From: Octopus vulgaris
Lineage: Eukaryota
Assembly (NCBI GenBank): GCA_951406725.2
Contig: OX597817.1
Span: 38,874,001 to 38,938,000, forward strand
Direction of reading: 5' to 3'
Length of the DNA stretch: 64,000 nt
Shown here in pieces: positions 1-13,900 of this stretch. The position numbers and the translations under genes are program-made. Under the pieces are notes generated by a model. It made no database searches, was not told the origin of the DNA, and worked only from the letters and a program-made list of their open reading frames with translations. Each line of letters starts with the position of its first letter. Positions within the stretch are counted from its first letter, which is position 1.

Positions 1-31
<31 letters not shown>

Positions 32-291
32 GAACATACGGCCAGTCCATATATATATACGTACGTGTGTTTATTGTGTGTATATATGAATTCATGTATA
101 CACACAGACACACATATATGTACATATATATACATACATACATACATATATACGCGCGCGTGCGAACTCACACACACACACACTCACACACACACACATT
201 GTAGCCACATTATCATTATTTGCTTTTCTGATGAAAGGTACCGCTCCAAAATGGGAATTTTCTTTTCGTCACGGCACTTCAACATTGACAG

Positions 292-292
<1 letters not shown>

Positions 293-357
<65 letters not shown>
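293..357 (+). repeat. (TG)n microsatellite
   Basis: Direct reading. Confidence 0.95.
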
Positions 358-361
<4 letters not shown>

Positions 362-534
362 CAAGAATTTGGCACATCATTAGGTCTACATATATCACAA
401 ACCTTTTCGCCAGATTCATCTAAGACAGTGTCCAATCGATTGCGGTGCTTCTAAGCCTATAAGCATAACACAGAGGACGGAGTATATATATGTAGGCACA
501 GTCACACACTCAGGTTTATTTCTAATAACGAACC

Positions 535-710
535 ATGAAGAGTTCCTACCGTCTCTACTCAGTGTTAACACTTGTTGTATCCACACTTTGTCTTGGACTT
601 GGGGTGATTATCGGTTATTTCCTCCAGATAACTACGGATCCTTTGCTGCTGGCCAAGGATCAGCATGCCTGTGATGTTGGTTACGGAAGCTATTTACCAG
701 AGGTTCAAAG
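535..710 (+). CDS. CBM9-like gene exon 1 (ATG and hydrophobic signal anchor)
   Basis: accATG at 535; MKSSYRLYSVLTLVVSTLCLGLGVIIGYFLQIT...PEVQ; donor AG|GTAAGT; phase 2. Confidence 0.75.
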
Positions 711-2112
711 GTAAGTGTTGTTACTACTTCAAACCAATCTCCATAATCATTTTCTTATGTTGCTGTAGTACGGCCTCCGGTCAGCTCTGATCGAACAGAG
801 TGGTAGCAGGTACGCATGTGAATCGCCTGAACAACAAAACGTTTGACTGCTATTTCTAACAGGTAGAATGGCCTCCAAGGTGTTGTCCCATCGTTGACTT
901 GGATTAGCATAATTGGTTCATAAGAGAATTAAATTTTAAATCGTGAAGAAAATGTTAACTTTTCGGACATTTGTCCTTCTTCGGAGAGAAAGATAAAATA
1001 GATGTCTTATCACTAGGCCGCAAAATTAGACTTTGATATAATCACTCCGTGTTGATACACTCGTTTCTTAAATACTGTAAAAGTTCCATTACACGATGAG
1101 TAGCGTCGTAAAACAATTTGCACTCCACAAAATCTTTTATATTGCAAAAATTTGTTTTTTGCTTTCAGTTATTTTTATTTATTCTTTCATGTGTGTGTAT
1201 GTGTGTGTACATATGTATGAGTGTGTTTGTATGTATATGTATATATTATGATTCAATATGTGACCGCGTGTGTATCATTGGCGATTTTTCCCCCGTCTTC
1301 CCTTCCTTGGATCTTTCCTTTTCCTATGTTTCTGACGAAGAGCTCCGCTCGTAACGTTAAATCCTCCCTCTTTCTTTCCTTTCCTGAGCGTCCAATAACA
1401 TTATACTTGTTCCAGGTCCTCGCGTTGTTGTGTTTTCTCATTGTGTTTTCATGTTTGGATTAACTATATATTTATGTATATATACATATGTATAGGCATT
1501 ATATATATATTTGTATGTATGTATGTATGTATGTATGTATGTATGTATGTATGTTTTGACTGCTATTTTCAGCGTGGTGGTATCTCTCAGATGCCCTAAA
1601 TTATAGTTTTAAATAATTATTACCATTGAAAGGTTTTTTTTCCCATGCTGGCCACTTGATAAGATCGATATTTAAATATCGATCTTATCCTTATTTATAT
1701 AAATTTATATATATATAGGCGCAGGAGTGGCTGTGTGGTAAGTAGCTTGCTTACCAACCACATGGTTCTGGGTTCAGTCCCACTGCGTGGCACCTTGGGC
1801 AAGTGTCTTCTACTATAGCCTCGGGCCGACCAAAGCCTTATGAGTGGATTTGGTAGACGGAAACTGAAAGAAGCCCGTCGTATATATGTATATATATATA
1901 TGCGTGTGTGTGTTTGTGTGTCTGTGTTTGTCCCCCTAGCATTGCTTGACAACCAATGCTGGTGTGTTTAAGACCCGTTACTTAGCGGTTCGGCAAAAGC
2001 GACCGATAGAATAAGTGCTGGGCTTACAAAAGAATTAATCCCGGGATCGAGTTGTTCGATTAAAGACGGTGCTCCAGCATGGCCGCAGTCAAATGACTGA
2101 AACAAGTTAAAG

Positions 2113-2174
<62 letters not shown>

Positions 2175-4849
2175 TATATATGAGTATATATGAGTATATA
2201 TGCGACCACAGTAATAGTAGCACGGATCATCCAACAACATCGACCGCATCGATGACAGCAACAGCGGCAGAAACGACCCCAGTAACAGCGCTACAGCCGA
2301 AGATGACCATGCCGACACCAGCACTACCATGTGGACGCCGTCGTTGATGTGAGTACCGTCGATGGTAACGTTACCATCGACGGTACTCACATCACCGACG
2401 GCGTCCACATCACCACCGGCGCTAATAGCGCCAACCCTACGACCAGGGAGGACTACCACAATGATAATAACCCCAGCGACAGCAGCCACGGCCGCATCAC
2501 CGGACCCGCGCGTCATAATGATAGCAGCACAGACGGCAGCACCAACAGAAATGCACCAGTAATATGAGCGCAGTCAACACCCAAGCCTGGAAATACATCG
2601 TATCAGCCAGTACGGCTGTGGTTGTATTCTACGCGTGGTGGAGGCACGTGGTTAGGGTGTTGGACTCATAATCATAAGATTGTGGTTTCGATTCCTGGAC
2701 TGGGTGATGCGTTGTGTTCTTGAACTAAACACTTCATGTCATGGATTACTCCAATCCACTTTAATGAAACGGTTTTGAGAGTTTATTTTTTTTATATTTG
2801 CTGCAGTTGAAGTCAGTTCATGAAAATATGAACGATAACTTAATTTTTGTTTAAGCTTTTTAGAAAAGAACATAATTGAAGCATGTGCAGCAGAGACCTG
2901 TGATGTACCTTTACCTCATACATATGTGGTCCAGCATCTCAACGAAGAAACCATTGAAATTGATGGCCTGATAGATGAATTTGCTTGGAACCAAGTACCA
3001 TGGTCAGAAAAGTTTGTTGGTACGTCCTATTATACTACATTTTTTTCTAGCTATAACAGAAGTATCATATATTCAATTTGAGTGAACTGTCTAGATGTAT
3101 TCTATGCGTGGTGGAGGCACGTGGTTAGGGTGTTGGACTCGTAACCATAAGATTGTGGTTTCGATTCCTGGATCGGGCGACGCGTTGTGTTTTTGAGCCA
3201 AACACTTTATGTCATGGATTATTCCAATCCACTCAGCTGGCAAAAGTGATTAATCCTGAAACGGACCGGTGTCTCGCCGCGAAATGTTTTTCCCACGAGA
3301 GTTCCAGACCCCAATTATGAACTCATTTGCATACTACCAATCAGAGCTCAACTATCAAACTAATTTATGAACGCATAACAAGTGATGGGCGATAAGATAA
3401 GGTCACTTGGATGAGGAATGACCATGCTTCTTTTCTCTTTTAAGAATGTTTGTTGTTCTTGTTCTTGTTTCAACCATGGCTGCCTCTGCGTAGTTATTTG
3501 TGCTATTGTTTACTTTGTAATACAGCAAAAGGAGAGGGTTGCTAGCACATCACCCTCTACCCACATTTTCTCCATCCGCACCTTTACCATATGGGACCCT
3601 AACAAAATCTGATTATAGGTATAGATGCAAATCTATCTAATTACTTGTCTCCTTCTAAAATCAGGCATAACTTGGCGATCGATCGACTTACAACACCGTT
3701 CTTGAATTCCAACCTTTGTTGACTTGACAACAATGTCAAGGTGAGCTCTGATTGGCTGTATGCAAATAAGTTCATTACTAGAGTCCGGAACTCTCGTGGG
3801 AAAAGATTTTCGCGTCCCGTCCAGGTGGGGAATATATATGTTATAAAACCGGGAAACTGGCCCTTATGACTCCAGAAAGTAACTTTACCTTTAGCCTTTT
3901 ATCCTATGTGTGAAAAATGCCACTACATCAATGCAATTATATCCATAACTATACAACTTCGATTTGATTGGAATATATGTATATAAATGTATACTTTGTG
4001 TGTAAAATATATGTATATACATGTTAATATTTCTACAAAGGTTATGTCCTAATTTCAGTTTGATTGGCATATATGTCGATCCCAATACTTGACTGATATT
4101 TTATTTTGACGACCACGAAAGGATGAAAAGATAAGTTGACGTCGGTGGTATTTGAACTGAAAACCACAATATAACAATGTTTACAATGTAGATCTTTTTC
4201 CAGGCCGGATGCATTCATATAGTGTTGGACTCCGGCTTCAGTAAGCCTTGAGTTAAACCAGTATTTCCACTGATAGGGCACTGAAGTATCGCAAGTCAGT
4301 TTTCCAAAACAGGTTGTTACCCATTTTCCAGTAGATATATGGAAGCAAATAGAAAGAAGAGTCTTGTGAAATAAGAATGCCTTAAAGGATGGTAATGCGG
4401 CACCTTTCCTACTCGGTTATCTGACCTCTAAATTATACATCAGTGTTCAGAACTCTGACTTTGCCATCGTTCCATTTAAGGTGAACACTGTAAGTTTATA
4501 AAAGAAAAATCTGCCGTTTCTACTTATAGAATAAATAAACTATTCTCCGCTATAGTGCCTCTCTCCATTAAATTGGAATGAACAGAACTAAATGTCTTTA
4601 CGATAGACACAAAGCAACGCTGTTGACAAAAGTCAAACATTATCTAACATTTTGGCTAGTATAACTATGCGTGCATATGTGTGTGCATGTGCGTGTGTGT
4701 TCGTGCGTGCGCGCGCGCGCGTGTGTGTGTATGCATGTGAGTGTATGTGTGTGGGCGTGTGTGTGTACGCAAGTGTGCGTGTTTATGAGTTTGGCACAGG
4801 TTTTTGATTATGTATTTACGATGATATATATTACATATACATACATACA

Positions 4850-4882
<33 letters not shown>

Positions 4883-4897
4883 TTACATATATATATT

Positions 4898-4943
<46 letters not shown>

Positions 4944-5018
4944 ATATTTATATGTGTATATATATGTACACACTCATACACGCATTTGTACACACATACA
5001 CAGACAGACAGGCACACA

Positions 5019-5071
<53 letters not shown>

Positions 5072-5695
5072 GTACGCATTCTTTTTATGAACTGTTGAAG
5101 ACCTACAAGGACGCAGAGGACACGATCCTATCTTAACCACACGTTTCAAAATACGATGGGACGACAACAACTTATATATCGCCGCTCTTTTGGAAGACCC
5201 TCACGTCTGGGCAAACAGAACAGAGCACGACTCAGATGGTATGTTTCTTTAGATGATTTCTAAAAATTCTTTTGTATTGTTTTCCTTCTTTTCATCTTTC
5301 ATCACATGATGACAAAGAGCATCCAATCCACCACCCAGTTTTGAGAAAGAATCTTGCCGGAATGTCGTCGTCGTCATCATCATCATCATCATCAATGGCC
5401 TACTCTTATTTCTTCTTAGGTGGAGGAGACGCTGTTGCACACATACGCACACACACACACACACAAAAGCACCCACCTCCCTCACCTCCCATCCCAACAA
5501 GAAAAACTGATTGATTAGCAAATCCTCAATCGCCAACGTAACAGCAACTACCTTCCGACTGACCTGCTATGTTCAATCTTTGTCTTTTCTTACTGCTACT
5601 ACAACAGTTCTTAATTCTCAAAACGAGGAAATTGTGTACCAACCCACCAAAATTCGTCCACTGTACCCTCCTCCTCCTCCTCCTCCTCCTCCTCC

Positions 5696-5741
<46 letters not shown>

Positions 5742-7835
5742 TATCATCATCATCATCATCATCATCTTCATCAGCACCACCATCATCATCATCACCACTC
5801 ACATAATTATCTTTTGTTTCTTCTTTTTCTTGCTCCTTTTTTATTTCTTCTGTTTCTCCTTCTTATCGTCATCATCATCATTATCATCATCATCTTGTCT
5901 TATAATAAAAAAAGTTATGAAGGAACTGCGCAAATCAATCGGAAAACGTGCCTTCATTCATTTGGATGCCCCATGGGTGTTCAACTTTATCTTAGTCTCC
6001 AACAATAACCCTGACCATTTTTGATCAAAAACATACTGGTCCACGATTCTAAAAACCAATGTTAGTATCCATAATAATTATGACAAAGAAATTAGTTATC
6101 AGGTAGTCTAGTACAGCGTTTATCAAACAGTGGGTCCCGACCCTTCAGTGGGTCGCGAGATTAATAAAATAGGTTGCGACAAAAAAGTTTGAAAAATGCT
6201 GGTCTAATATTGAGCATAATAAAGACTATCCGCAGTTATCGTTATTTCATTAAAATATTTTCTGACAGCCAGCATTATTGTGTTATCATAGACATATGGA
6301 AGATTCTTTTCACCCTGCACGTCGACATCTTTACGAACTTAGCTGGATGAAAAGAGAGCAGACATTTGGTCATAGTAAAGAGAAAAAAGCGCCTTAATTC
6401 TCTATCAAAAGTTGCTACCAAAATTACACCTTAGAATTATTCACTAATTCTCTTGTGCCTACGGGAGAAATCAAAATCTTAATCAATTACATTCTATTAG
6501 AAATTAGCTGAAAATTTTTCTGGATTTCCTCTTTTCTTTACAATACTTTTATGTTAGAAATATCTTGAAATATTCGTATCTTGAAAATATTCGTATCTTG
6601 AAAAATTCGTATTCTGTCTAATGTGATTATAATCTACTTTCATTTCAGTTTTCAATGATAATGCTTTTGAGGTAAGTAACTAGAAAAACTCTAATTATCC
6701 TTTTAAAATAAATTATCCTTTATTAATAAAATAATTATCCTTTTTAAATAAACTAATATACTATACTTCAGCTACGAAGCGACATATAACTTTCAATTAT
6801 TATTTGGTATTTTGTCTGCAAAAGAGCGAAAGTGTCCAAAGCTTTTTCATATCGTTAAGGTTATTCAGCTTGGACAACAAATGTAGAGAAAGATGCGAAA
6901 GAAGACAGTTTGTAACGATCTTACACAGTTGATAGTTTCGTTTCAGCGTTGTCACATGCGTTATTTTAGCCAATTAGAAACTAACACAGTGGGTCGGGTC
7001 ACATTTTGGTTACTTATATAAAAATTAAATATCTGTTCATTCCAGAAACCATTATGTTTGTCTCTCTTTCTATCTATACGTTTCTCTCTTTCTCTCCCTC
7101 CCTCCCTTCCCCCCCTCTCTCTCTCTCTTCAAACTGTCGAAAAGATCATCGTGGGTCTAATTTTACAATGAGACTAATACATTACAAATATGAGGCGTAT
7201 GCATATCTATTTATAATCCAAGCTACATTCATCAATGGGGAAAGCCACTGGAAACTTATTTTCCTGTTTCGATCGGAAGATGGGCTACCACCATTACAGA
7301 TCCAACCAGAACTGACTCGCGATGTGGCAAGAGGTAGGAGCGACAGGAGAAATCACTCCCTTTTCTAAGGCACAAATCTGAAGGGCCGTGCAAAATTTTC
7401 TCTCTTCTAATAAATGCGACCGCAACTGAGTTGTATCTCACACACATCTGAGGCTTTATATAAACATAAGGAATCATTTTTATCGTTGTTCAGCTCTGAT
7501 CCAACAAACCTATGATTAGACATTCTAGCAACAGCCATTCTATCTATCTCCAGGCTTTTGTGTACCCCAGGTTATATTTTTTAATCTGTCTGTTTTTTCA
7601 AGAGGATGGATATAACTCGAGAGATATTTGGTTGTTATTTCTGATGTTTCTGTTATTTCTCTTCATTTTTATTTGAAGGAATTTTATTAAGGAATTTTAT
7701 GGCAAAAAGACACTTTGATGTATCAAAAGAAAGGAAGACATTGCGAATGGGAATTAGAATTGACAATCTTCTCCATTCAACGATGTATGTTTATTTGTGC
7801 TTGCGTATGTATGAAGATAGGGGAGAAACTAAAGG

Positions 7836-7909
<74 letters not shown>

Positions 7910-10900
7910 AAGAAGAGAAACGGAAACTTAGAGATGAGGAAGAATTCCGAAATAAAAAATCAGAGATAGACTGAAACACGGGTAAAGAAAGTAGAAAGAG
8001 GCTATTTTGTTTCAGATAACGATTCCAAGTTCTATTTAACATTAAGTGATTTTTCTTTTATACGTAACAGTCTACATTTTTGTGTTTTTCTTCATAGATT
8101 TTTCTTGACACTGCTGGATCATTCCATAAGTGAGTATCACATATTTCACTCTTGTCCAAAGTTTTTATTGCCTTCTTGCGAAAAAAGAAACCGAAATACA
8201 ATAAAACTAAAAAAAAATTAACAGTTTGCTGGAGTATAAACGGCGGAATGGCAGAATCGTTAAAACATAGGACAGAATAATTTGCAACATCTGTTTCAAC
8301 TCACTGAGCTCCGCGTTCAAATTCTGCCGAAGTTAACTCTGCCTTGTCTCCTCTTCGAGTAAATAAAAGGAAATATTACTCCAGGGTAGAGGATTAAACT
8401 GGCACCACCGTCAGTTACCACAGCGACGAGGGTTCCAGTTGATCCGATCAGCGGAACAGCCAGCACGTGAAGTTAACAAGCAAGTGGCTGAGTGCTCCAC
8501 GGACGCACGTACCCTCGATGTAGTTCTCGGGGAGATTCAGCATGACACAAGGTCGGCCTTTTAAACTACATATACAATTCATTTTTTCCAGCCGAGTGGA
8601 CTGGAACAACGTGAAATAACGTCTCTAGCACAAGGACACAACGCACCGCTAGATATCGAACTCACTACCTTACGATCTTCAGTTGACTACCCTAACCACT
8701 TAGCATGAGTCTTCATGAGTAGAAGTTTAAGGAAATTGTGAAAGAACAGAAAGTGATGCTTTGCGCTACTTACTCCGGCTCTTTATATTCCGATCTGTTA
8801 GACTGTAGATTAAATTTCATCCTTTCAGGGTCGATAAATTAAGTACCAGTTACGCACTGGGGTCGATGTAATCGACTTGATCCGTTTGTCTGTCCTTGTT
8901 TGTCCCCTCTATGTTTAGCCCCTTGTGGGTAATAAAGAAACAGATAAATCCGTCACCCGGTTTAATACCACAACCAGGTCTCTGGTTTAAGAATAACTTT
9001 CTCCCTTCCTCTCGCTAGTCTCGGAGGCCCCGAAAATATAAAGTGTCACGAGTACTACCCTTACTACTTCCTTGGCGGATCGGTAAAAATATACATATAC
9101 ATGCTTGAAATATCTTTATACGTGTGATATGAATCTTAGAAGTATACCCCTATGTTCCCAGTAAACGGACATAGATAAAAGAAAGACCAGTTTCAGGCTC
9201 GTCGTCCTTCGTCAATTTCTGTTAAACCCAGTAATTCTGTGGCGAATTAATGATTGTTTTGCCGTAAACTTGGACATATCCTTAATATTCATTCCTAATC
9301 AAAACTATACATATTTTTAAGTACACACACGTGTGTGTGTGTGTGTAAATATATATATATATATAATATATATATAATATATATATATATACGTATTTCA
9401 AAAATGTAACAAAAACACATCAAATAGAAATGTTACAAAAACATAACAAGCAAAAACTTCGTATCTTATTCCTCATCAGTCAACGTCCAAAAGATCATTA
9501 CAATTTCGCTCCTTTAGCTCTTGGTGACGTCAGTGGCAAAAAATCGCGGGGAATAGCCACAATGACGAAAACAAATACGACAAAATAAAACATATATATA
9601 CAACAAAAAAAGCCATGCGGCCGCAAGACTGACTGACATGGGGTAACGCAAAGGAAAATGAAAATGTCCTGTAGGACTGAAGACTAGAGAAGGACAGATA
9701 GAAAGTCAGAATAAAAGAAGTAAAGTATTATGGAGAGACACACACATACACATATTAACATATTAATTTCTTTTATTGCCCCTCTTGTTTTTCTCCTTCT
9801 AGATACAAGGAGATAGGAGTCAACGCATTTAGCACAGTATGGGATGCACTACTAACAAAGGTAAGCTCAGTATTTTTATCTGCGACCTAGTATTGTCTAT
9901 AGGAGGTTCGATTTCCTGTTGCAAACAGCAAGAGAACTGTGTAATTAACGACTATCCTACGAACTGAGTCAACTTCTCTGATAGAAGCAGGATTGAAAAG
10001 ATCACACCGCAGCTCCGTTAGCCAATTATTTCACCGTCATGTTAGAGTTCTCTCGCCACTCTAATTCCAGCTTCTTCTCTCCTACTCGGCCACCTCAAAG
10101 CCCGACACTTCTGACCCTCTCACACCACCTCTCTCACAATTCCAACCCCTCACTTGGCATAATGTCTTCATAATGTCTTCATAAATGTTTGCAGTTTTCT
10201 CACTTTATTAATTTTACTGCACCTTATTCGTTAATGAAAATAATGTGCATATATACATCTAATGGCGTACATACCGTATTGTCATTTTTACATTGAAGGA
10301 TCACAAACCATGTTTTTCTGCACTTTGCTTCAGCCAGCTACTTTCCTCTATAGACCTCGCCACAGTCATATTGAATATAGAAATAAGTTCAAGTAGCAAA
10401 AGGACTGGAACCAAAGACGAACAATAGTCTGTCGATCTCGCTTTTTGAAGGGTTTAGGTGGCTCAAACAAGGCACAAGAAAGACAGTGTCACGGGACCTT
10501 ATCCGAAGGCCGTGATTGGTTGGCTTACACACTGACGCGATATAAGTCGAGAGACAAACTGCGCCAATGCCAACCAATCAGAGCAGTGGACACAACAGGG
10601 TCAGATTGCCGAAGATGGTTGTTATCTAACACGAGATCATTTCTAATATATCTCTCAAACAGTGATGCTACAGCATCTTTTTTATGGTTTCCTTCAACAT
10701 TTACACTTCACATCTGCAAATTTTAGACTATTCTCATTATTTCGCTCAATCATCTTACAAACATTTCACTGGCAGGACAGTCTATGTGATAATATCCAGT
10801 AATCAACGAATGTCGCGATTTGCTGGAATGTTGCCCATATGGCCAGCGAATTTGATCAATCTCTACATCGCTTGGAAAGAATATTCCCCACGTGGTCAAC

Positions 10901-13900
10901 AAAATCTGGCCAATCACAACTTCACGTGGAATAGGCTCCAGCAACTAATCTCAACTTTTCGCGCGTCCCTTCTGAGCCCATTAATAGGTATAAAAGGACA
11001 CATGCGCGCGACCATGACCCAGAAAGCTTTGGGATGTAGCAGAGAGAGCATGAACGACAAAGCAGACGGATGGCGAACAGACACAGGCAGCGGCTGAACC
11101 TAACTAATATCATCATAACGAACTACCGGCAGCAACACAACGACTAGCCGTAACTTTTCGAATACAATTACAATAACATCCAAACTCTCTCAAAAGAATA
11201 AAGTTTGTTCGTAAAAACCTCTACAATTTTCTTCTATGTAGAAATTTTGACCTCCAACGCTTGGAAAATAACAACCAGCACTCAACATCCAACAGTCAAC
11301 TCTAAACATCAGCAGTCATATACAGCTCTTAGCAGTTAGCTAATCAGCTCAAATACAAGGAGTAAAGGACATCTAACAGCCACAAGTATTTTATAATTCG
11401 CTATTTCTAAACCAAGATAATGTAGTCCTGGCTGTAATACCTTTGATCATATATCTGTTCAGTCAGGAGTTAAACAACAACACCCCGCAAAATAATGCTA
11501 TTTAAAGTTTGTTAACCCACGGATTCTTTGTCTTTTGTTTATCATTTCTAACATCCATCTTTTACACAAGGCTTACATTGATAGAGGTGAAGCTTTGCAG
11601 AACTGGGACAGTCGAGTGAATGTAGCTGTTAATGTTGACGGAGAAGTCAACAACCCGAACAGTCAAGGTAAATGTTTTCACTTGTTTTGATTTAATAATA
11701 AAGGCGCTTTTCAACGAATGGAGAGAGCGTGTATTGAACTTTGAATGAGTATATGACTGGATTTTTGTAACGTGTGCCAAAACGCAAGAAATATGCTCCC
11801 GGCAAATCAAGATTGTGACGTGGTGCTAACACATTTCATTTCACTGCGGGAAAAATCACGATTCTACATCAGGCACAATTAAAGATTTCGTTGTGAATTA
11901 AGACAATGTTATATATTCGCGGTTTCCCAGTATAATGTAATTTACATATACACCTTTTAGCGATCTCTTTTACATAAAGAGAACGTTTACAAGTAATTAC
12001 TTTGGAAGTTAGAGTTATTAGTCCGAAGGAAAGAACTGTGCCCATGATATACGCAGGTTTACCTGCTAATATCCTTGGCACTTATGTGAATTTTTGCTAC
12101 CTTAGTAACTATTTATTTATTTTTTCCTTGTTATTTGTACACATTGAAAAACACACACACATATACATATGTGTATGTATGTATATATATATATAAACTT
12201 AGATATGTTTCGACCAAAGATTGGTCCAGGCCAAGTCTAACTTAATAGCACCATCTGATGTGATTATCTAAATCTTTTTTAAGTCAAGGTTTGTGGTATC
12301 GTGGTCCATTCGAGTAGGGAGTTCTTGTTGAGTGAGTTGTATCCAGGTATAGGTGGCTTATTTGGTATTCCTTGAAGAAATTTGTCCAGATTCCGTTTGA
12401 AGGTAATGGGATCCTTATCTTCTTTGATCTGTTTCGGGACAATGTTAAATAGGGCAGGGCCTTTTGAGGGAAAGAAATTGTGTTGCAGGGACGAAAGAAT
12501 CTTCAAATTGGAATCCGGAGCCCAAATGCTTTCAACAGGATGGGTTCTGCTAAAGGCAACCGATATGCCAGTGTTTAATCGGCTGATGGATTAAGTCTGC
12601 CGCCCAGGTGGACCATGGCAGAATTTGAACTCAGAGCACAAAGAGCCGGAACAAGTACCGCAACGCATCCAGTCCGACATTCTTACGGTTCTGCAAATCC
12701 CACTCTCGATTGGAACATTTTTATGAACCCCCGAAAGGATAAAAGGTGAAGTTGACCTCGGCGAGATTTGAACACAGAGCGTAGAGAGCTGGAACAAATA
12801 CCACGGAGCATTCTATCCGATACTCTAACAACTCTGCCAATTCACGACTTCATATGCAATTTTGTTTCAATAGTTTTCGTTTTTAACACGATTTTCCCTA
12901 CTATATCTTCAAATCGTTGTAATGTAAACTAACATTTCAACATTCCAACAAAGCATTTGAGTCATACGTTTATATCGATTTGACATTTTAATGAACATGT
13001 TAAACTGGATTCTACATTTATAGAGCTAGATAAATATAATGATTTTTATTTTTAATCGTATGTTTTTCTTTGTCAGGAGATTTCTGGTCAGTTGAGATGT
13101 CACTACCATTTTCACAACTGCTCGCCGGTTCAGTGAAGACCGACACTAAACCTCATAATCTGGAAATATGGTATGCCAATTTTGCCAGGTGAGCTCAAGA
13201 AGGCACTACTTTTAGAATATAATAATATATAACATAATAAATGTAATAGCAATAAAGACAATAAAATAACGAAAAAAATTAAATTTAAAAACAATTATAG
13301 CGTGGAAGGTGTTTATAAGCCATTTAAAAACACACAAAACCCGTTAGATTCACTTCAACATTTAAATTTAATTCGCCAAAATATTTTTGTCGCTTTGAGA
13401 CCGAGACCTGTTCACTGACAAAATTCCGTGCTGCATTTGAAAAAGTAACAGTTAGTTCATGATATACATACATACATACATACATACATACATACATACA
13501 TACATACATACATACATACATACATACATACATACATACATACATACATGCATACACACACACACACACACTATATATATATATTTATGTATAGGGAGAG
13601 TTCACGAAAAAAACAAAAGACGAAGACAGGTGGTATACAAAACAAAAAGATGTATTAGTATAATGCTCAGGAATTGAAAAAGTCTTTTACGTTTCGAGCC
13701 TACGCTCTTCTAAAGGGATACAGAAAAAAAAAAAACAAGGAGAAAAAAATGTGTGTAGCGGCTACCGATCTAGTACACACTACCCATTAATGGTGTATAT
13801 CTTCACAAGGATTCCAGTAATTCCAGTTACACACCTAACCCCAGTTATAATCTAAAAATTTAGCAGCCGTAATCAGTTGGATAATTTCTAATTTATTCTC

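Noticed and set aside
1718-1790. tRNA-like A and B boxes
   Set aside because: No full cloverleaf, and it continues into a multi-copy SINE body, so it is not a tRNA gene.
1968-2516. 182-aa minus-strand ORF
   Set aside because: Runs through a degenerate triplet repeat, a (TA)n tract and a SINE; not a credible gene.
5511-6024. Poly-Pro/His, poly-Ile and poly-Met ORFs
   Set aside because: Translations of a (CCT)n(CAT)n microsatellite inside an intron; no phase-compatible splice sites are needed for the gene model.
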